Positions 55,668 to 64,000 of a stretch of DNA of 64,000 nucleotides are shown piece by piece. Positions within the stretch are counted from its first letter, which is position 1. The number at the start of each line of letters is the position of its first letter. Below the pieces are notes generated by a model, which saw only the letters and a program-made list of their open reading frames with translations, made no database searches and was not told where the DNA came from. The position numbers and the translations under genes were made by a program. The DNA is from Armatimonadota bacterium (GTDB lineage: Bacteria; Armatimonadota; UBA5829), in contig JBPOHN010000012.1 in NCBI GenBank assembly GCA_052035525.1, positions 208,784-272,783 on the forward strand, written 5' to 3'.

Positions 55668-58370
55668 TTACTCGAAGCTGCTGTGGGTGATTACCAGCCG
55701 CTGGTCACCTCGCAGTTCCACTTCCACGGGTCCCGCGGCGCGCGAGATCGGCCACGTCAACGTTGCCTCGGCTCCGGCCGCGACCGATTGCGCACCAAGC
55801 TGCTCAGCATCGAGCTTCAGGGCGATCCTGGCAGCCGTATCTCCCAGGTTGCGCAACCTGAGGACGAACTTGCTGGCAGGTTTGCTGAGCGTGCCATAGA
55901 TCACGCCCCAGCCGTCCGCCATTGGATCCGGTACAGGCTCCAGCCACCCGGTGCCCTTGAAACCGTAATTGCCTACCAGGGTGAAGCCGTCGATTCGGTG
56001 GTCCGCTCCGAGCAGCCCCTTGCTGCTGCCTTCGTGCTTGTAGACCGGCGAGTGAGGCAGCATTCCCTGCAGATTCGACATGAAAGCGCCCGAACGGAAC
56101 CCATCTTTCGCCCAGTCCACCGGCTTCGATAGGTCCACCAGTCCAAGGCTCTTGCCTCCGGCATAGGCCACGAGGTTCGAGAGGAGCCGGGCAGCCGCGG
56201 GATCGGTAAGAGCGCGCTCGACCGCGCGGAACTGGCTGAGTATAACGCTGCCGGAGCCGTGAACAAGCTCAACGCATGCCTGGCTGCTCAGCAGTTGATC
56301 ACACGACGCCCAGACCCGTGCAGATCGGAGGTCCTGCAGCGTCCCGGGCCGTAGTGCCGTAAGCACCGGATAGATGTCGGGAGAGCCTGTTGATGTCTTG
56401 CCGATCTGGTTCCAGAAGCGCAAGTCTCGATCGGTCAGGCCGTCCATGATCGGATTGGCGTCACCGCCCACAGGCTGGATGTAGGTGAACGGGCGCGGCG
56501 ACATTGTGAAGCTGGCCGGAAGCCAGTCGGAATTCCACTTCTCTCGATCCTGTCTCAGGCACAAGATGCGGCCGCCTCTCCCCAGAAATGCGAGCACATC
56601 GGCCTTGTCGGGGTATCTGCCTTCGGCGAGCGCTCCCTCGCCGATGATGAGCGTGCCGGTCTGCGGCAATTGCTTCAAATCGGCGATCTTCCTGCAGTCT
56701 ATCTTCAGCGATTTCAGTGCCTTCTCCGTATCACCCGATGGATCATAGAGCACCGCGCCCGTCGGCGTCTGCACCCAGTCCCTCGGCGCGATGAAGATCT
56801 GGAAAGCGTTCTTCGATAGCACTTCGCCGTCTTTGCTGAGTCTGCATCGCACCTCGTAGTGACCCCTCGCGCAGTTCTCTGGAATGCGAACAGCGATGTC
56901 CCGCCACGAGTTGGAGTAGTACTTGGTTGCGGGGAAATCGGCGGAGGCCGAGGCTATCACATTGCCTCCGGATTCGAGCACGTCCAACGTCGCCTTCGTC
57001 GGCCCGAGGTCTCGCGCGAGGTCGTCATCGTTGATCAAGCAAAGGCGCATCTTGAGGTCATCCCCGGCATATACGTTCCTATCCCAGCACTCAGGGCTGA
57101 TCAGCACCGGCTGGAAGACTTCAGAGAGTGTATGGAAAGCCGGCTTGAGGACCAGGTCTTCCGCCTTCTGAGCTCTGGTCCACCCCAGGAAGTAGGTAAA
57201 GGGCATGACTCCGGCGATGCTGTGAACGGGATTGCGGTATCTGCGGCATATCTCGACGACCTGCCGGACCAGCTCAGCCTGATACTCCAGCGCTGCCTCG
57301 CGCGGGTCGGTGGCGGTACCGATCCACCTGGTCATGGTGCACATCTGCTTGCTCATGGTCTCGAAGTCGCCCGCGTCATTGGTATAGGCGCCTACGCACT
57401 CGGTCATCGTGAATGGCTGATTGGCGTTTCGAGCTTCTTTGATGTAGCTGGACGTGTCCATGTACCAATCGTTAATGTTGCCGTGGTACCAGCCCGCGTA
57501 GCGATGGAGATCGTAGATCTCGCCCGGCTTGCCGTGTCCGAAACCAGCGTTGCCGATCACAGCCCGCGTAGGGTCCATCTTGCGGATGTCCTCACGCACC
57601 CTGGTGAGGAATTGCAGGTACGTGCTGTTCGGGCTCTTGTAGTCAACCTCGTTGGAGAGGACGTAGATCATGACGGCCGGGTGATTCGCCAGACGCATAA
57701 TGAGATCGCGGTAGTACTGCTGTTTGGCCTCGAACTCGGGAGCGTGTGGGCCCTTGCCTCCGGCTCCGCCGTAGTGACCGGCAAACAGCATCATCCCCAA
57801 CTCGTCGCAGGCGTCAAGCCAGTCCTGCGGCTCGGTGCGGATCATATTCACATTCGCGGACTTCAGGAGCTTGATGTAGCCGCGGATGAACTCAGGATTG
57901 TGCAGGGCGGCATCGGGCAACTCTCGCCCCGGCGGGTTGATGGGGTTTCCACGCAGAAAGATGGGCTTGCCGTTCAGGTAGAACTTGTCGCCCCTGGCTT
58001 CGAACGTTCGAAAACCGAACCTGGCCTTGCCGAGAAGGCGGGAGGAGGACTCAGAGACTCTGATCTCATAGAGCTCTGGCGATGAGGGTGACCAGAGCTT
58101 GGGTTTCAGCCCCGTAATCTCGAAACTCGCCAGGCCCCAGGCATCCTGCTTGATCGCGGCGCCGCTGACGGTTCCCGACGTGAGACATGCGCCATCGGGC
58201 CAGTGGCGTATCTCGTAGGCCACGCCAGTCCCTGGTCTATAGGCCGCGGCCTGAGTCAGCTTGACCGTGACGGATGTGGTGGACGAAAGTGTGATCACAG
58301 GTGGTGGGGCCGCCTGGGCAGCGCCGCCTGCATACAGCAGCGAAACGAGAACGAGTGTCAGCAACCTCAT
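55668..58370 (-). CDS. Secreted glycoside hydrolase family 2-like protein
   Basis: FRTFEARGDKFYLNGKPIFLRGNPINP is a GH2 sugar-binding/Ig-like transition, followed by a TIM barrel with ...NEVDY... 900 aa. Confidence 0.7.
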   Translation of the reverse strand: MRLLTLVLVSLLYAGGAAQAAPPPVITLSSTTSVTVKLTQAAAYRPGTGVAYEIRHWPDGACLTSGTVSGAAIKQDAWGLASFEITGLKPKLWSPSSPELYEIRVSESSSRLLGKARFGFRTFEARGDKFYLNGKPIFLRGNPINPPGRELPDAALHNPEFIRGYIKLLKSANVNMIRTEPQDWLDACDELGMMLFAGHYGGAGGKGPHAPEFEAKQQYYRDLIMRLANHPAVMIYVLSNEVDYKSPNSTYLQFLTRVREDIRKMDPTRAVIGNAGFGHGKPGEIYDLHRYAGWYHGNINDWYMDTSSYIKEARNANQPFTMTECVGAYTNDAGDFETMSKQMCTMTRWIGTATDPREAALEYQAELVRQVVEICRRYRNPVHSIAGVMPFTYFLGWTRAQKAEDLVLKPAFHTLSEVFQPVLISPECWDRNVYAGDDLKMRLCLINDDDLARDLGPTKATLDVLESGGNVIASASADFPATKYYSNSWRDIAVRIPENCARGHYEVRCRLSKDGEVLSKNAFQIFIAPRDWVQTPTGAVLYDPSGDTEKALKSLKIDCRKIADLKQLPQTGTLIIGEGALAEGRYPDKADVLAFLGRGGRILCLRQDREKWNSDWLPASFTMSPRPFTYIQPVGGDANPIMDGLTDRDLRFWNQIGKTSTGSPDIYPVLTALRPGTLQDLRSARVWASCDQLLSSQACVELVHGSGSVILSQFRAVERALTDPAAARLLSNLVAYAGGKSLGLVDLSKPVDWAKDGFRSGAFMSNLQGMLPHSPVYKHEGSSKGLLGADHRIDGFTLVGNYGFKGTGWLEPVPDPMADGWGVIYGTLSKPASKFVLRLRNLGDTAARIALKLDAEQLGAQSVAAGAEATLTWPISRAAGPVEVELRGDQRLVITHSSFE

Positions 58371-58470
58371 GAGCGCCTCCTTACGTGAACTATATCACAA
58401 GGAGGCGCTGGAGGTGAAATCGCGGGTCGGCCGTCCCACTCCTCATGGTCACACGTATCGCCCCGACGGC

Positions 58471-58959
58471 CTATTGTCCCTGGCGAACGAAGTTGAGCTG
58501 GAGGTCGCTGATCAGCCCTCTCAGCGCCTTTCGAGTTTCGTCATTGAGGTGCGAGTGCATTCTCTCCTCTATGAAGATGATGGTATCGATGGCCAGCTTC
58601 GCCTTCGCCATATCGCGCGACGGCTCTTTCTGACCGGGTGCGAGACGCAGTCCCATCGCCTGCCAAGCCTTCTCGCCAAGCACGCCCGCAAGAAGCTGCA
58701 GCATATCGTGGAGGTCGAGAGCGGTGAACCAGGCCATAGCCAGGGAGCCGAGGTCTACCTGCGGCATTTCCTCCCCCGGTTTCGCTTGCTCGCCCTCTTC
58801 CGGGAATGTAGGCTGCTCTGCCTCTTCCGCGGTCTGCTCCGGCTTCTCAGTTGCTTCCTGAGCCGCGGGCTCGGCGTCTTCTCTGAGGCTTCCGTCGGGG
58901 TTCACGCGCCTCTTGTCCTTCACTTCGTAAGCTTTGTCCTTGCTATCTTGCTCTGCCAA
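58471..58959 (-). CDS. DUF1844 domain protein
   Basis: Acidic N-terminus with KRRVNPDGS, and a C-terminal conserved helix block. Confidence 0.65.
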   Translation of the reverse strand: MAEQDSKDKAYEVKDKRRVNPDGSLREDAEPAAQEATEKPEQTAEEAEQPTFPEEGEQAKPGEEMPQVDLGSLAMAWFTALDLHDMLQLLAGVLGEKAWQAMGLRLAPGQKEPSRDMAKAKLAIDTIIFIEERMHSHLNDETRKALRGLISDLQLNFVRQGQ

Positions 58960-59342
58960 GTCCTTAGCCCTCCTTTAAGAGATATGATCATCGCGCCTAT
59001 CGACGCGCCTACAGCATCGGCTGTCCAGTCCCAGAAGTCGCATGATCGGCCAACCACAAAATGCTGGTGGAACTCATCCGTTGCTCCATATACCGCGGAT
59101 ATGCCGGCTGATAACCAAAACCTCCGCCATTTCGGGTATCCGCTGCCCAAAGATCGCCAGACCAGGATTCCCAGCACGGCGTAACCGACGAAGTGCTTGA
59201 GCTTATCACCCTCCTCGACGTCATCAATAAGCTCGCCGAAAAGCGGTATCGGCGGTGTATGCGGCCGTGAGGACATGATGAATATGAACAGCATCCATGC
59301 TAACGCAGGCCACCAGCGGCGGAGCAGACTTGCCGCCGGCAC
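58920..59342 (-). CDS. VanZ-family membrane protein
   Basis: ...KLKHFVGYAVLG...SAVYGATDEFHQHFV... VanZ-like motifs. Confidence 0.7.
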   Translation of the reverse strand: MPAASLLRRWWPALAWMLFIFIMSSRPHTPPIPLFGELIDDVEEGDKLKHFVGYAVLGILVWRSLGSGYPKWRRFWLSAGISAVYGATDEFHQHFVVGRSCDFWDWTADAVGASIGAMIISLKGGLRTWQSKIARTKLTK

Positions 59343-59364
59343 AGCGTTTGGGCTCCCTGAATCT

Positions 59365-61452
<2,088 letters not shown>

Positions 61453-61541
61453 CTATGCGATATGCAACATGTTAGGAATGCAGCGCTGCTAAAGTCAACC
61501 AAATCGGGAAGTGTGAGCCAGACCGGGACGGAGATCGGCCT

Positions 61542-62693
61542 CTACGTGTTCCTGCCCGGAGGAACTCTCAGCACTCCGTTCCTGAGCACTTCCAACCTTC
61601 GCCCGCGCCAGGTAACGCTCCGGCCCATGTAACCGGCAACCCAGACGGTGAAAGAGAGCAGGTCCCGGAGGGGCAGCAGCCACAGCCGGCGCGGGAGTTC
61701 TCTGTCGCCCATACACGAGAACGCCCCGGCGCACGCTATCGATAGCCGCACCGCGAGAACCCATGCAAGGCATGTCCACCCGGCTGCCGAGAGCCCAGAG
61801 GTGATCAGGCTCAGCACCGCGTAAGCTGTGCCGAATGTGAAGACCAGGCCGAAGTGCCCGAGCGGGCGGCTTGCACGTGTTGTGCGGCACCATCGCAGGT
61901 CGCGGGCGAGCATTTCGCGCAGTCCCTGCCCGGGAAGCACGTCCTCCATCACATAGTGCGAGAGCTCGACTCTATGGCCCAGTGCCGCAGGCAGGCGGCC
62001 GAGCTGGAAATCGTCGGCCAGGTAATCGACGATGCGCTCGAAGCCACCGATCTGCCGCAGTACGCTCGCTCTGATTGCGATGGCCGCGCCCAGGCCGAAG
62101 TCGAGACCTCTGAGCCACCTCGCGCAGGCGACGCCCGGGGCGAAGACGCAGGTCATATGCAGCCCCTCCAGCGCATCGGCCACTGTTTTCCCACGGATCC
62201 CTTTGTAGAGGCACGTTACGACCCCGACTCTCTCGTCCTCGAACGGCGCGACGATGCAGTTCAGGAAATCGGGACGCGCGCGGGTGTCGGCGTCAGTGAC
62301 AACGATGATCTCTCCACTGGCGCGTTTGGCAAGCTGATGCAGCACGCGGACCTTGTTGTTGGCCCCCTTGATGGTGGTTCCTATGTGCAGGGAGGCCTTC
62401 TTGTTTCCCTGGATGCAGTCCAGAACGACGCCGATTGCAGGGTCGGAGGCTTCCAGGGTGCCGAAGAGCACATTGTAGTTGGGGTAGTCTTGTTCCAGAT
62501 AGGACGAAAGGTTTGCGGCAGCGTCATTGTCGATGCCGCACACCGGCTTGAGGATGCTCACCGTAGGCGCGAAATCCGTGCTTCTGGCGGAGGGTTTGCC
62601 TCTGAAGAAGGCGGCCAGAGCAGTGGTCGAGGCGACATAGTACAGTGTGCCGATGATGGCCATCACGTAGAAGAAGTCGCTAACCCAGCTCAC
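61542..62693 (-). CDS. hpnI: GT2-family glycosyltransferase, HpnI-like
   Basis: ...IIVVTDADTRARPDFL...VGVVTCLYKG... Adjacent to an HpnK/YdjC-like gene. Confidence 0.65.
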   Translation of the reverse strand: MSWVSDFFYVMAIIGTLYYVASTTALAAFFRGKPSARSTDFAPTVSILKPVCGIDNDAAANLSSYLEQDYPNYNVLFGTLEASDPAIGVVLDCIQGNKKASLHIGTTIKGANNKVRVLHQLAKRASGEIIVVTDADTRARPDFLNCIVAPFEDERVGVVTCLYKGIRGKTVADALEGLHMTCVFAPGVACARWLRGLDFGLGAAIAIRASVLRQIGGFERIVDYLADDFQLGRLPAALGHRVELSHYVMEDVLPGQGLREMLARDLRWCRTTRASRPLGHFGLVFTFGTAYAVLSLITSGLSAAGWTCLAWVLAVRLSIACAGAFSCMGDRELPRRLWLLPLRDLLSFTVWVAGYMGRSVTWRGRRLEVLRNGVLRVPPGRNT

Positions 62694-63549
62694 CAGCGTG
62701 CACCTTCTCTCTCATGGAAAGGTAGTTCGCCAACTCGTAGCCCTGTTCACGAACGAAACGCCTCAACTCCGGGTCGAGCAGCGCGTCCAAGTCGCCCCGA
62801 TTCGGCCCGCACTGGTTGCCGCTGTCGGTCAAAGAAGGGTGACAGAAAACCTCCACCGAAGAGCAATGCGTCATCTTGAGCACAGCTATTATGTAAGCCG
62901 CGCTCATCCGCCCGCTCATCGTGCTGCCGATGCTTGCCTCGCAGCTCGGGATGCCTGCGCAGGCCAGTTGCTTCCGGCAGCTTGAGCGAAGGTAAGCATG
63001 CCCGCAAGCTACTACAGTCCTCCTGAAGACGCCAGATCGGTCTATCTTGAGGCCTCGCCATAGTGATTCACGCGGCACCCGGATCCCGGCGGCGTGGTAG
63101 CGAGCGGCCTGCTCGAGCGCGATAGGCAAGACGGCCGGATGCAGGTGCAGGTGCTGGTGGCCATCGACATGGCTCAGTGTCAGGCCCGTCTGAGCGAACG
63201 CCCGGAACTGAGCCTCTATCTCGCACCTTAGCTGCCGGAGCGTCCTGGCATCGAAGCAGTAACGCCAAGCCGCCCGCGCGGGGCTGTCGGCGAAACGTCC
63301 GGCGCCGTCTACAAGCAGCGGAATCTCCGTGGCAGGCAGCAGGCTTCGGCCATTGCTGAGCGTGAGATGGAGTCCGACGGCGAGCGATCTGTCGGCGCGC
63401 GCGATATCTACAGCTTCCGCCACGTGTTCGCCCGTCACCATCAGGCTGGCGCTCGTGAGCAGGCCGTCTCGTCTGGCTCTTGCTACAGCCGCGTTCACGT
63501 CTGGCGACGACCCGAAATCATCTGCGTTCAGGATCAATTGAGCGACCAT
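62680..63549 (-). CDS. hpnK: ChbG/YdjC-family deacetylase, HpnK-like
   Basis: Start MVAQLILNADDFGSS (the YdjC NADDFG motif); the long-ORF N-extension is rejected. Confidence 0.7.
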   Translation of the reverse strand: MVAQLILNADDFGSSPDVNAAVARARRDGLLTSASLMVTGEHVAEAVDIARADRSLAVGLHLTLSNGRSLLPATEIPLLVDGAGRFADSPARAAWRYCFDARTLRQLRCEIEAQFRAFAQTGLTLSHVDGHQHLHLHPAVLPIALEQAARYHAAGIRVPRESLWRGLKIDRSGVFRRTVVACGHAYLRSSCRKQLACAGIPSCEASIGSTMSGRMSAAYIIAVLKMTHCSSVEVFCHPSLTDSGNQCGPNRGDLDALLDPELRRFVREQGYELANYLSMREKVHAGELG

Positions 63550-63931
63550 ACTGCTTTGAATCTTACCCGGCGGATGTGGAACTGACTCCGGCGAGGCTAC
63601 GCCGTGCCCAAGCCATCGAAAAGAGTGCCGGCAATCATTGACAAACGGCCGATCAGAAGGTAGAATATTTCCAGAAGGTTTCAGAGTTGTCTCCCACGCC
63701 ATAGCAGGCGTGTCGTTCCCCCAGCAAGGCCGCTGGTACGTGACGCAGTGATGCGCTCTAGGGATGTGCCAAGGAGCGTCAGCGACCAGCGAGCAACCCC
63801 ATTTCAAGGTGCTCGAGTGTAGTGTCGTATCGGCACGGCTGCCGATGCAGCCGCCGCGCGCGACACACGGGTGCGCGTTGTTCTCCTCAGCACAGGCCTG
63901 TATCACAGTTTTGAGAAACCTGGAGGAGCAC

Positions 63932-64000
63932 AATGGACTACATCGAAAGCGCACTTCAGCAGTTGGAGCAGCGGAATCCCGGCCAGCCGGAGTTCATGCA
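63932..64000 (+). CDS. gdhA: Probable glutamate dehydrogenase, 5' end only
   Basis: MDYIESALQQLEQRNPGQPEFM resembles the GDH N-terminus (...RDP.QPEF...). RBS AGGAG at 63919. Confidence 0.45.

Noticed and set aside
56859-58085. 408-aa plus-strand ORF
   Set aside because: Antisense to the GH2-like gene, which has the recognisable FRTFEARGDKFYLNGKPIFLRGN block.
63550-63954. N-terminal extension of the hpnK-like ORF
   Set aside because: The YdjC family begins with the NADDFG motif found right after MVAQLIL; the extension is Cys/Arg-rich and unconserved.

Overview
High-GC (~62-65%) bacterial chromosomal window, probably from a Gram-negative, hopanoid-producing organism (Tat-signal periplasmic enzymes, DUF1559 prepilin-type protein, HpnI/HpnK). 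Most of it is ordinary housekeeping and carbohydrate-related genes, but 31.2-36.3 kb looks like an accessory island. Main content:
- enolase 3' end
- a one-carbon/folate gene cluster (pterin-binding methyltransferase, metF, metV, fhs) preceded by a riboswitch-like leader, plus ftcD and two URO-D/MtaA-like proteins
- an ANTAR response regulator with a GAF-GAF histidine kinase (PdtaR/PdtaS-like), next to a 9-TM protein with presenilin-like D / GxGD / PAL motifs
- a 1457-aa secreted protein combining S55-like serine peptidase motifs, an acidic Ser-rich linker, a 7-blade beta-propeller and Ig-like domains
- an island at 31.2-36.3 kb in which a REP-associated tyrosine transposase (RAYT) and a three-gene operon (Dam-like N6-adenine methyltransferase, ParB/Srx-domain protein, PRTase-like protein) sit between copies of a 28-bp REP palindrome. 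A second poly-C/poly-G hairpin repeat family also occurs here, once in-frame inside a coding sequence
- a UPF0175/DUF3368 toxin-antitoxin pair
- a candidate ~230-nt small RNA with its own promoter and terminator
- a LacI regulator with a textbook operator
- periplasmic Gfo/Idh/MocA oxidoreductases, GH2, a GHMP kinase, ligA, and an hpnI/hpnK hopanoid pair
No rRNA, tRNA or CRISPR array was recognised by eye. Several long ORFs antisense to real genes are high-GC artefacts and are listed under rejections. Everything is inferred from the sequence and the supplied translations; no database search was run.
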